A program made the translations under genes and the position numbers. The notes beneath the pieces were generated by a model. The model saw only the letters and a list, made by a program, of their open reading frames with translations. It was not told the origin of the DNA and did not search any database. 64,000 nucleotides of DNA from Schizochytrium sp. TIO01 (Eukaryota > Protista > Bigyra: Labyrinthulomycetes), in contig SMSO01000037.1 of assembly GCA_004764695.1 (NCBI GenBank), positions 3,634,747-3,698,746 on the forward strand, read 5' to 3'. Below are positions 12,242-23,797 of this stretch, in pieces (position 1 is the stretch's first letter; each line of letters begins with the position of its first letter).

Positions 12242-13171
12242 ACTTCTTGAGCGCGTCTATGAGGACAGAAGGTAATAAGTTGTGGCAGAAATTTGCCTAT
12301 AAAGATATATTCTGGCACAAGTTATCGGATCAGAGGACTGACGTCGTGAACAAGAGAGTTTACAAGACTGGCACAATTAACCTCACCTTCGCATTTGCAG
12401 CAGGTCGGCCTGAACTTGCAGCGACCGAGGTTACCCTCAATAGGATTCAATTGTGCCACAAGTTACCCGAAAGTACTCGCGTCACTTGAAATTCAGGCTG
12501 CAGAATCCACGACTGATCTGGCACGAAAGATGGTGTGCACCGTGGATCCTCCAGCTCGTTCCAGCTGCTTTTCGCGGCCTTCCAACTTGAGATCGCCACG
12601 CGATGCTGCTTTATTTTCTAGGTATAGCTTCTTCCCCTCCGCGCGGGCATCAATACTTCCTGTGTGGCAAAGAAGAATAGCTATAACCTCATAGGTAGAA
12701 TGCCTTGTGGCGCGTGGACTTCTTGCGATTCCCGCACAGTAACACAGTAACAAAAAAGAAAGAAGATCCGTTGAGGTGTTCCTTATGTCCTTGTTCTGTT
12801 ATCGGATAGGGAAAGAACACTTCCGATATTACGCGCAACAATGTAAAAACCTCCAAAAGCCCAGCCTTTGTGAATCCATATTAAGTATGGCAGACTGGGT
12901 TTACGTGAAGGCCATGTTCGTGCAAGTGAGTTATGCGGTACGCATCAAGACGAGTTATTATCTGTTCGACAATGCCAGGAGGTAGACAACAGCAGTTGCA
13001 CGGGTATTGTTAAGAGTTATCTATGCATTCTTAGGAATAATAATATATTACATCACCAAAGCCCAAAAGTTCATTTACATAAACCTCGTGTCAAAACTAT
13101 TATTACTAGTTCTTGTTCAAGCTTGCGAGAGCCAAGGCCAAGTTTGGTTTGAAGCAAAGACATTTTTTGCC

Positions 13172-14770
13172 ATGAAGGACATTTCTGCAGAGCTGCTGCT
13201 GTCACCAGCTCGTCGTTCAAGCTGTGCGAAGCGTGGTTCTCCTGAAGTGCAACTACGGGAAGAAGAAGAGGATGGGGCTAGTGACTGCGACATGGATCAT
13301 CCCCAGCCCCAGCCCCAGGTATCAGAACCTCACGATAAAACGGAAGCTGAGGACGACTTGCGAAGTGCAAACAAGCGCTTGAAGCTCGAAGCAGGAGAGG
13401 GGTCGTGCCTCGACGATGTCTCCTTTGAACTAGATGAGAACTCCATGTCTGCGCTTGACGTGGCCAACGTCAGCAACCTTGATAATGCTAAACAGCTGCT
13501 CTCGAGTTTGCTCGCAGATAGACAAGCACTAAAAAGCGCACTAAGGTATTACTACCGGATGGATACCTCCCTGGAGCATGTGGAGGATCTTGAGGAAGAC
13601 GAAGGAGAAGACGAAAGAGAAGACGAAAGAGAAGACGAAGGGGAAGACGAAAGAGAAGACGAAGGGGAAGACGAAGAGGAAGACGAAGAGGAAGACGATG
13701 AGGAAGACGACGAGGAAGTTCACTTGTCTGGAGGAGAGGGGTTGGAAAGTATTTCTCCTTCGAAATCATCGTACGCTTCAACGACGCCAAGATCTTCTCC
13801 CGTTAAATCTCCACTTCCTCTCTATTGTCTATATGATGACTCATCCCTCCCTGATGAAAACTCTTTACATTTTGACTCCAGCATAGATCAAGCTGAGGTC
13901 GAAAGTGACATAGAGGACAATGACAATTTGAAGGTTGAAGTTAACGAGAGGGCGTCTTCATCTTCAAGTTTTACCTCGACTGACGCTTCCGCCGGAACCC
14001 CGAAGTCAGCAGTTAGCGAGGTTTGCAGCGACTGCGGCCTGAAATTCCAAAGTAGCAACACGAGAGATGCTCGCTTTGCGTCTGAATGTCTACAACATTT
14101 TGGCATATCAGTCTCACTTAGTGTGTGGAGACAAGGTCCGAACAGGAATCAAGAAGTGCTTATGCTTGTGGCTTCTCCGGAAGAAGCGGATGAAGGTTAC
14201 AACCCTCCTCAAGATAGACCTAATCTCAGCCTGGCAAATAGTACCGTGGGCTCTACTATGCTGGCCATACCTTCGACTAGCCTGGGACCAAGCGTGGGTT
14301 CTTGTGTTAGTCTTGCGGAGCCCCCGGTGCAGTTTGCACATGAGCAGAATTCTGCCCCTACTGACCCGTGTTCGCCGGAAACGGCGGCCCGTCGATTACT
14401 TTCTAAATGGCTGCCAAGTCTGCAGCAATCTACCCACATGTCGCTTGAGCTGCGTTGTTGCTCAGCTTACCCCATCCCCGGCACTGGCGAACTCCGCATT
14501 CACTACACCACGAATTTGCCTTTGCACAGTTCTTTAGGCCATATTGAGGGCAGTACTGCTATGAATGTCGGCACGAACTTAAGTGCTTTTCCTCCTCAAA
14601 CTGACGACTCGGACTCTTGCAACCGCCAAAGCCGCTACCAAGAAGAGCATCCTGCACGCGGAGCTATCTGGGTGATAAAAGACCAACTCGGAGTGGATGA
14701 TCATGCCCCGTTTTCACTTTGTCATCCGTCCACCAAAGTTGAGCTAGCATATGAGTCCTCAACCTCATGA
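13172..14770 (+). CDS. Hypothetical acidic protein with possible degenerate Nudix-like C-terminal domain
   Basis: Long ORF with first ATG at 13172 (MKDISAELL), a Glu/Asp tract, an NLS-like KRLKL and C-terminal EVLMLV..LAIPS..PETAARRLL..IWV. Confidence 0.7.
   Translation: MKDISAELLLSPARRSSCAKRGSPEVQLREEEEDGASDCDMDHPQPQPQVSEPHDKTEAEDDLRSANKRLKLEAGEGSCLDDVSFELDENSMSALDVANVSNLDNAKQLLSSLLADRQALKSALRYYYRMDTSLEHVEDLEEDEGEDEREDEREDEGEDEREDEGEDEEEDEEEDDEEDDEEVHLSGGEGLESISPSKSSYASTTPRSSPVKSPLPLYCLYDDSSLPDENSLHFDSSIDQAEVESDIEDNDNLKVEVNERASSSSSFTSTDASAGTPKSAVSEVCSDCGLKFQSSNTRDARFASECLQHFGISVSLSVWRQGPNRNQEVLMLVASPEEADEGYNPPQDRPNLSLANSTVGSTMLAIPSTSLGPSVGSCVSLAEPPVQFAHEQNSAPTDPCSPETAARRLLSKWLPSLQQSTHMSLELRCCSAYPIPGTGELRIHYTTNLPLHSSLGHIEGSTAMNVGTNLSAFPPQTDDSDSCNRQSRYQEEHPARGAIWVIKDQLGVDDHAPFSLCHPSTKVELAYESSTS
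13596..13717 (+). repeat. 12-bp coding tandem repeat (GAAGACGAAAGA/GGG/GAG) encoding an EDE[RGE] acidic tract
   Basis: Directly visible tandem units. Confidence 0.85.
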
Positions 14771-15755
14771 TGCATCTACGCCAAGAATGACGAGAGTGAT
14801 GAATATCCTCATCAATATCATCACGATCATGATCGCCCTCCTCATCTTGATCAGTAAAAACAGCTCCTGCTGGGTCCTTGCTGATGCGTAGAGAATTGGA
14901 GAAGATGTACGTACCTACACTTACCCTTTGCCAAAAGGAAAAGTGTTGCTAACAAGCCCAGAACTTCCTACGTAGACACGTAGGCTCTTTTATATTGCTG
15001 CGAACCTGGAACTCTCAGGACTCGGAATTCGTTTCTTGAACATCTCATGGATCGATGGTTTTCACGGCGCCAAATTGTGCCAGAACGTTCAGACAACGAG
15101 CCGCTCGGTTAGTCCTTTTTAGGTCCGCAGCATCATTCAGCGACCATGGCTCAGAACCGCAAAAGACGACGCACGTGCTCCACTCAGTATGATACCAGTA
15201 GCATTGACAGGCAGCCACAGAGGTCTAAAAGGTAGTAGGTACTGCTTTCAGGAATTGAAGAGATGACGACGATAGTGGTGACCATTCACGACAGATAGTT
15301 TTCATAAGCTCAAACTGAAGACATTCAGAACCCACGCATTGCATTGGTTCTTTCACGGCAGGGTCTCTCATTTAGCCGAATGCCAGCAACTTTCGATTGG
15401 TGCGATTGACCTTCTTCAGAACAAGGATGGCGAAAGGGCATGCAAGCAAGCAAGCAAGCAAGACCAGATTAGATGTTAGATCGCACTCAAGAACCGAGCT
15501 AGCATAGCCAGCCAGACCAATGAATAAACAACTTAGCTCTACAACTAACTAGCTTTACTAGCTCTTGTTTCTTCAGATTGACGCCAACCAATGCAGACGA
15601 AAGGCCTAACCTCGAGCTTCATGTGCTGCTTCTGTTGTCTTGCAAAGGCCGCTGGTCAGCGCCAAGACCTGAGTTGTTCGCCTGCTGGCTCTACTTCTAG
15701 AGTCTGTCGTAGCACAAGTTTTACAGGACCAATGCTTCAGAAAAGCTGACGTATT

Positions 15756-15865
15756 TCATGAACCATGAATCATGAATATGAACAATTCATGAATCATGAA
15801 TCATGAATCGTGAATCATGAATCGTGAATCACGGATTATGAATTATGATTCATGATTCACGATTC
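15756..15865. repeat. (CATGAAT)n 7-bp minisatellite that switches orientation, forming a 19-bp perfect inverted repeat
   Basis: GAATCGTGAATCATGAATC at 15805-15823 is the exact reverse complement of GATTCATGATTCACGATTC at 15847-15865. Confidence 0.85.
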
Positions 15866-18800
15866 GTTTGTAGAGAATCCCAAAGGCTTCCGAGTCGGGT
15901 CAAAGCAGTCGGAGGGCTTGGACAAGTGCTACTAACTAGTACGGGTACCAAAGGTGCCCTGGTGAGTGAGTGTGAATTTTCATTGGTACCTGTAGAGAGG
16001 CACCAACCCACTAAGTGCTGTTTTTGTACAAGGAGACCTCCATCATGAAGGAGTGTTGGCGATTGTCGCGGGTTTTCATAATAGCTGCGTCTGGCGATGA
16101 GGGAAGTGGTGGAGCGTGCGGGCGTGTGAGCGAGCCAACGAGCCAGTGGCACTTTTGCTGCGCGTGTTGTTTTTGATTCGCGCTCGCGTCAAACGTGGTG
16201 GGAAAACTTCCCTGAAAAAGCTCTTGTGGAAAATGAGAATAAAAACTTTGACGGAGCAATATTCCTTTATTTTCGTTAGTTTTTTATTATTATAAAATCA
16301 AAAAGAGAAAGAAAAGGCATGCAAGGAAAGGGGAAATAAAGAATAAATCGATCAAATGTTGATCTGGGTGCCTACAGTTTCTTATAAATTTAATAAGAAA
16401 GAAGAAGTATTTGCTACGATGGAAACCAGGGCTATCTAACCAGTAAGTCTGCAAGCTTTTCAAGGTGATGATGATGGAAAGAGACGATAGAGCCTTTGTC
16501 TTATTCGTTTGATGGTCTCTCAAAAGTTAGTTTTCCATTATTTTCATATCATAAATAAAAGCTCGGCTTTAAAAACATAAAAAATAAAATACTATCCCAT
16601 AAATTCCATTTCGTTCGCACCGCTTTTCGGATGCTGATGCTGAGTTGGTAATTATGGCAGTGAATGAAAAGCCGTATCCTTGACAACACCGGTTTCCATG
16701 AGTACTACGAGGTCGATCATGCGTTTGCGTACGATTAAAACGCAACGCAACGCCCCATATGGGTTCCTATCCACCGACTACTGGTAGGTGCCATGCTAGA
16801 AAGTAGTAAGTATACTATGGATGGCACTGGTTGGTCAAATTGAATGAATGAATGAATTAGGAATATTTGGTTAGAAATGCCCACTTCTAAGCGGATTGAC
16901 GCAGATAACTAAATCTGAGCAGGTGAGTATGGACAGAGAGAGATGCGAGTGTTATCGCAGAGGTTCAATTTACTCATCGATCTGTCTGAGCTAATGTTGA
17001 ACATTGCTCAGGTTGAGAATCGGAGTTGGAGATTCCTGAAGCACCCAAGGAAAACACATTTTATGCAAGAGCAATCTTGAATATGAATCATGCTTGGTTG
17101 GCGTTAATGGTGGGCAAATAGTAAAGCAAAAAACACAAGTGAGTAGGCTTTTGCTTCGCTTCAAGTTTCTTCGCAGCAGAATGTAGGTTTCTGGGCTGCT
17201 GCTGATAGTACGACCTCCTCAAGGTTAGCATCTAGAGCGAATTGGGCAATATTATGTATACGTCCAATTGCATACTTGTGTCAATATCTTGTTTCAACAG
17301 TCCACAAACGAGAGATGCTACAACTGCGGAATACAAGCTCCACAGCATGTCCGAGATTGTCAAAACCTCTCCTTTTAAACCCTACCGACGGCTCCACTTT
17401 AACCATTCGTTGACATACCTGGTACAAATCCTGCTCCAGATCGGCGAAGTGAACTAAGCCTAGCACAAAAATCAAAGACTCCTTGTGATGGTTCTAAGGA
17501 GCAGCTGTGACCCAGCAGCGGCGATCTTGGGCCTTGGGCTAGAGTACCGGTGGATAGCATCTGGGTATGCCATTCGGTTTTTAATGGAAATGACCCTCGC
17601 CCAAAGGTGCATCGTCTCCTTTACAGAGCGTCTGTAAGCATATCGCCGCAAACGAATAGACCAAACGAGCCTGCATGAGCTCGAAGTAATAGGATGGCAG
17701 AACCGGTGCTTCTCCCAGAGCGCTACCATGATAATATCGCCTAGGGTTGCATTTCATCTCCATGCGTGGCATCGAATTCCATCTCTTCAACTTTTCTCAT
17801 TCCTTCTGGGTACCTTAGGTATGTCGGAATTGCTTATGTGATCCTCTTCTATTATTAACATTTCATTATTAATGTATATATTGTTTACAAATTAATCATA
17901 GTCAGCTACTACTAGAGAGTAGTAAAACTATCACATTTAGAAACATTTTTCTTTTCTTTTCCTTGTTCTTCTTCTCTTTTAAAACTCTTGAACGAAGAGC
18001 CTGAGCAGTAAGTATTTATTTCACAACCTCAATTGCCAATTGACAATATAAATATACTCCACATACTATTTGTTTACTGTACAATTTTGTTTGGAGCGTT
18101 GTAATCCATCCTCACGCTCATTATCATTTTAATTGAGTTGAGACGATCGATCGATCGATAGATACATAGAGAGATAAGGCGGCGAACTCGAACCTTTGCG
18201 CTTTGTCTCCTCCACGAAGGGGTTTTTGGCAACCGCGACAGGCTCTGAAGGGCACGCGGACATGAATGAATGAGCGAGCGAGCGAGCAGCGCAGGACGCC
18301 TGAGGACGAGCGGGCTCCACTCAGCCTTGCGGTAGTGAGTGGAGAGCATCGCAGCAGTCGCCCGAAGTCGCAGAAAGAAGTGCTGTCGAAACGCCGCCAG
18401 AAGAAGGAAGGGCTCCTCTCTGAAAGAAAGAAAGAAAGAAAGAAAGAAAATAAATGAATTGTCAAGAATCACCGTTGAGAGAAATCGCTTTCCGACAAAG
18501 AAGAAAAGAAAAACAAGAGATACGTACGTAGGATATATATATATATACATGTATTATGTATATGCGCTGCTTAGTGCTGTACTTGAGAGGTCGCGCAGAA
18601 CCTATGGAACACTAGCGTTTCTTTCTGGCCTTCTTTTGCCGAAGGTGCCACGAAAGGGCGTTTGCTGAGACAGAGGATTCTCTCATCTCGTGAGGGACCT
18701 CTGTAGAAGAGCCTGCGCTGCGCTCGTATAACTGGGACACAGACGCCACCCATTGCACTGCAGTGCAGTGCTGCGTCTAATGCGAGGCGGTAGCGATAAG

Positions 18801-19459
18801 CGAATTCAATCATTTGTAATACTCCTGATTGCTGCACGGTATTATGATGGGATTCTTTTCTTTTCTCTAGCTAGAGCTATGTCCTGATAGCTGTAGTGAG
18901 TAAGTAAGTAAGTAGTAGGGGGTAAAGAGAAAGGAGATGACTTTGTCCAAGAGAGACAGAAAAAAGAACTTCTGCTGATTCCCTTTCTCGTTTTTTGTGA
19001 GCAGAACAGCACTCTTTCAAAGCGTTGTTCTCGCACTGAGTGGAAACTCGGTAAAACAGAAGAAGAAGAAGAAGAAGAAGAAGTGGAGGCAGGCAGGAAG
19101 GAAGTAAACTGTAGTAGTAGAGTTTTTAAATTTTGTTTTTCCAGCATTGAAAGGAAGATTTTCTAATTTAAAAAAACGCTTTTTTTTTTTTTGCGTTTTT
19201 TTTAAAAATTGAATTTTAAATTAAATATTAAAATATTAAAGCGCATATGATTTAAAGGAGCGCCTTTCACCGTGCAAACCCCGTTTGATCGCCCTTCCCG
19301 CGGCTCTGCAGTCTGCAGAAGGTCGGTCTCCTTGAGCCCTCCTTCCCCGGTCACTTCTTTCTGGCAGGAAGGCAGGACCTGCTGTGTCTCCTCTCTCCCT
19401 TCACGCTTGGTGTCTCTTTGAGCTCGTAGTCATCGCCAGCCAATCGTTCCGTCGCAACC

Positions 19460-20876
19460 ATGAGGTCCTTCTCAAGCTTGGTCAGTCTTTTGGCGCTTGC
19501 GTGCTGCTCGGTGGTAGTAGTGTCGCAGCCTTCCGCAGACGAGGTACCGGAGTTCTTTGACACAAGGTCCAAGTGGTTCGGATGTGGCCTGCATGTCGTG
19601 GACCAGGGTCAGTGCGGCAGCTGCTGGGCAGCTAGCGCTGCCTCGGTCTTTGGTGATCGCCTTTGCATTTGGCTTGCTGAGAACGGCACTGGTGTCGGTG
19701 CTGGGGGTGAGTTCACAGGAAACAGACTCTTTCAGAAGGCTGGCCAGTGCACGGAGGATCTTCACCAAGCTCACGACCACGGCTGCAAGCGCACAGCCAT
19801 GTTCGCTTCGCCGCAGGCGCTACTTTCTTGCGCCTCGTTCGATGCTGACAGCAAGCTCTTCCCGGACTCAGCCGGCTGCGGTGGTGGCTGGAATTCTGAC
19901 GCCTGGAGGTACATTTTTCTTTACGGATTGCCGCCCATGGAGGCGTCTGGAGCAGGAGGCTGTGTGCCATACACCTCGGGACACTGCAGCGGCAAAGACC
20001 CTAATGGAAACGGCTGCAGATCATGCAAAGGCGTGATTGACCAGTGCGAGGATTCCGGGCAAGAAACCTGTATTTTACAAAGCACAGAGCTTTGGATTTA
20101 TTCATGACAAAGAACTCAGGCCCCGAGGAAACACCGGAGTGCCAAGACCTGAATCTGATGCACCGGCATTGCAGAGGCAAGTACACGCGATGCAGGTGGA
20201 GATCATGACCAATGGACCGATTCAGGTCTGCATTGACTACTACGGAAATTTCGGCAAGTTCTTCAACGACTCGCCATTGGGAATTTACAACAGCACTGAT
20301 AAGTTCCCGCTAACTGGAGGACATTGCTTAAACATCATTGGATGGGGTCACGACAAGTCGTCCAAGCTCGACTACTGGATCGTTAAAAACAGCTGGGGCC
20401 CCAACTGGGGCAACGAAGGTGTTTTCCGCTTCATTCGTGGCGCCGATCTTTGTGGTATCGAGAGCGATATTTGGACAGGATGCCCTGCTAACTCTAAGTG
20501 CGAACTTACAGCTGGTGTTGTGCACAATGAGTCTCACGTGCCCAACGGCGCCGAGGACCACCCTATCCTCATGCAGCGCCTCTTTAGCGAGGGAGTTATG
20601 CTCTCGCTTGCTGACTCTGATACTTCCGAGGACAAGATCAATGTTGGCGGACCTAGTCGTGGCGGTTACTGGCACGAGCTCACACGTGGCGACTATGGTG
20701 AAGGCCCTTTTGCTCATTACATCGCCCACGCGTACGAGAAAGCCTACGGTGCCCCCAACACTATCGAGCATGCTGTGGCTGCAGCTCGCCGTGTGCGTAC
20801 TCAGGGTGGTGTGCGAGGCTTTAAGCTCAACGTTTTGTTTGAGAACGGTAAGGAGGTCAACCAGGACCACATCTAA
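19460..20876 (+). CDS. Secreted cathepsin-B-like papain-family (C1A) cysteine protease, split by a +1 frameshift near 20057-20060
   Basis: Signal peptide, then VPEFFDTRSKW, QGQCGSCWA (catalytic Cys) and GCGGGW in ORF 19460-20107. EIMTNGPI, GGHCLNIIGWG (His) and YWIVKNSWG (Asn) lie in the +1 frame ORF ending at 20876. The joined product is ~471 aa. Confidence 0.85.
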
Positions 20877-21909
20877 ACCCTGCTTTGTACCCTCCTCTGA
20901 TTGGTTCATACTTCATTCTCTCGGTACATAGTACAACATTCTCGGTGAGCTATAGGTATTGTATACTACATAGCTAGTGTGCATCAGCCATCGATCCATC
21001 GACAAATCTGCCTCTCTGAAACAATTAAGCATGAAAGAACAAGGCAATGAGATCGTTGATGCGGTAGTGATTCTTTTTTTTTTTTCAGATGATGAGGTTG
21101 GTGACGATAATATCTACGACGTTTTACGCTGTCACGCATATCTGCTTTCGTGATTGTGTATGGGTTGTTGGTCTTCTCCTTCGACTCACGCCCGCTCTAT
21201 ACAAACTCTTATATCCTTGCTAATGCACAGTAAGAGAACAGCAAACAGGGCCAGTAATATAATAAGGCTAGTCAGCTAGTTAGCTCCCCTACTTAGCTTC
21301 AAAACACTAGAAACTTGGCCTGATTGCTGTTAGTTCATACATTTCTTTCTTTTATAAATAAGAATATCGCTAATTATATAGATGTGTGATTTAAATGCTC
21401 TTGCAAAACTGGTTTCATTATTTTCTGCATAGACCAAAGGAAGCCCGATTGGCAGAATTATAGAGGCATTACATATACGCCGGGCTCTTTCACATGGTAT
21501 TTTTCAAGTATCGTCATGTTTTGGCTTTCCTAATTTATACGGAGGTAGAGCGTGGGTCGAGAATATAATTTGTGGATTGGCTTTGTGATTTACAATTGCA
21601 AGCAGGTAAATGAAGCAAGGAGCGACGTTTGCTCATATAGAACGGCTTGTCAGAGACATTTCAAAGTTATTGCTGACCTGGTCACACCAAAACAAAGCTA
21701 AAACCTCAAAAAGCAGTAGAAAAAAAAAGCTATACGAATAAGACGTGCACATGCAAATAGTAAAATTAATTCAAAATGCTAGGAAGATACGAAAGTAAGG
21801 TAGAGATGATCTCACATCTTTTCAACCCTTGCTCCTTTTCATTAACTCAACTCCTGAGGAGGAAGGATGACAAGACTTTAAACTTGCCAAATTCAAACAC
21901 AACTTATTT

Positions 21910-22602
21910 TTAAAGCTTAGGAAGAGTCTCCATGCCAACGAAGGGGCCGGCTTCAACCTTGAAAGTCATCTCACGGTCATATTCATCATTGACACCATTG
22001 CAGCCAAAGGTTACGGTATCGCCTGGGTTCATGGGACCAACACCAGAAGGAGTGCCAGTAAGGATGATATCACCCTTCTCAAGGGTCATGGAGTGAGTAA
22101 CAGCAGTAATGAGCTGGGCCACATCAAAGACCATATCTGCAACAACATTGCGCTGACGCTCCTCCCCATTAATAGAAAGCCAAAGCTCAATCTTCTTTGG
22201 GTCGGCAATCAACTCCTTCGGAATGAATGGACCAAGCGGGAGGAAGGTGTCGAAGCCTTTAGCTCGGGACCACGGCAGCTTCTTACTCTTGGCCTCATCC
22301 TGAAGCGTGCGACCAGTAATATCAACAGCAATGGCATATCCGGCCACATGGTCAAACGCCTCTTTGAGCGGCACCCGGGATGCTTTATCGCTGCCAATTA
22401 CTACAGCGAGCTCGATCTCGTGGTGCACCTCACCAACTCCCTGAGGAAGAAGAATCGGATCCGGCATTTGCACAATGCTGTTGGCTGGCTTAAGAAACCA
22501 AAACGGGTTCTTAGGGAGCTCATTCTTCAACTCCTTGGCATGGTTTACGTAATTGCGACCAATTGCAACGATTGTGCGCGGGCGAGCTGGAAATCCCTTC
22601 AT
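21910..22602 (-). CDS. FAHD1: Fumarylacetoacetate-hydrolase-family protein (acylpyruvase/oxaloacetate decarboxylase FAHD1-like)
   Basis: IGRNYVNHAKEL, HHEIELAVVIG, D-ITGR-LQ, PWSRAKGFDTF and GDIILTGTPSGVG. Confidence 0.9.
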   Translation of the reverse strand: MKGFPARPRTIVAIGRNYVNHAKELKNELPKNPFWFLKPANSIVQMPDPILLPQGVGEVHHEIELAVVIGSDKASRVPLKEAFDHVAGYAIAVDITGRTLQDEAKSKKLPWSRAKGFDTFLPLGPFIPKELIADPKKIELWLSINGEERQRNVVADMVFDVAQLITAVTHSMTLEKGDIILTGTPSGVGPMNPGDTVTFGCNGVNDEYDREMTFKVEAGPFVGMETLPKL

Positions 22603-23797
22603 TCTGTATGTCCCTGTACTATCTTCTGCACTTGAAATGCAAGACTCTCTCGTTTGCCTGATCTACACCTCGAAGCAAAGGTATCAAATCTAATCTTGGG
22701 GAAAGTAGACCGGTGATTGCTTTCGGGTCAGCTTGAGGTCAAACCTGCTTCTCCTCTGGGGTCTATCCCAATCAAGATTAAGTTTTGTGCGCAGGAATCA
22801 ACGAAGAGCCAATCTTATCTCTAAGCTTTTATTCCTGCTACTACAACATAGCAATGCCAAGATCTGCGTGTAAGCTCTGAATCACATTTCTATCAAAAGA
22901 ACCCGCGTACAAACCCTCTCTATATCATATTTATAGATTATTTGACCCGCGAAAGAATACTCTGGTACATATAATAAAAGCACATATCCAGAGTCTGCTC
23001 GCCTCGCCACGGCCGAGCATTCTCGCTAATTCAAGGATATCCTGTACTTCTCTATACAAATTCGCAATTGTAGGTCGGTATGTATACCATAAATGCTCAA
23101 GACGGAATAGCCACCTTTGAGACAAAGTAATGTGCAATTCGCATTGGCCCTTGGCGCACTATCACAACTTACCGAAGACGTCTTGAGCATCTCATAAGGA
23201 GGAGCTTGCAGATGTGATTTCTTGAAGAAGTTCTATTCTGGCAGTATCAAAGTTATAGCCTCTTTTCTTCTTTAAGTTCTCAAGAATTGTAAAGTTACAC
23301 ATAGATGAATCGAGATTTTTAACTTTCATTGTTGATCGTATCAGAAATAGATACATCCTTTTATATATGTAATCTCCATCACTAGAGCGTGCTTTGTCCC
23401 AAGAGTAAGAGCATGAACCAAACAATTACAGATATAATGTTGACGCTTTCTTCCTCGATTTCATTGTTCTCTCTGAAAGTCTCAATATGCCAATGCGAAA
23501 AGAATACACATCATAGCTACTATTAGTAAACTACTAACATAATAATTTCTTGCTATAATCAATTAAGAGGTGTATATGACGCAATAGTTATTATCTTCTA
23601 TCTTTTTGTAGTCTTTCCGAAAGACACACGCGTGCACTTGCGTCGTCGTTCGAACAGAGCAAAATCCTTGAGCGCTTGCAAGAGGCGAATTACAGTCCGT
23701 ACCTGAGTTACGGAAGTCTTGGAGCAGACGCTGCTGAGGATCTCTTTGTTGCCAGTGTTACCAGCCAATAAACACTCATTGATACGGCTTTTTCACC

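Noticed and set aside
18074-19147. Short ORFs across microsatellite-rich sequence (also 31849-32864 and 58147-58593)
   Set aside because: The translations are dominated by (GAAA)n, (CT)n and (GAA)n repeats, typical of promoter or UTR sequence.
21910-22602. FAH-family gene as the missing ureidoglycolate lyase of the purine cluster
   Set aside because: Some bacterial FAH-family proteins are annotated as ureidoglycolate lyases, but this one looks like ordinary FAHD1. It lies ~31 kb from the fusion gene with eight unrelated genes between.
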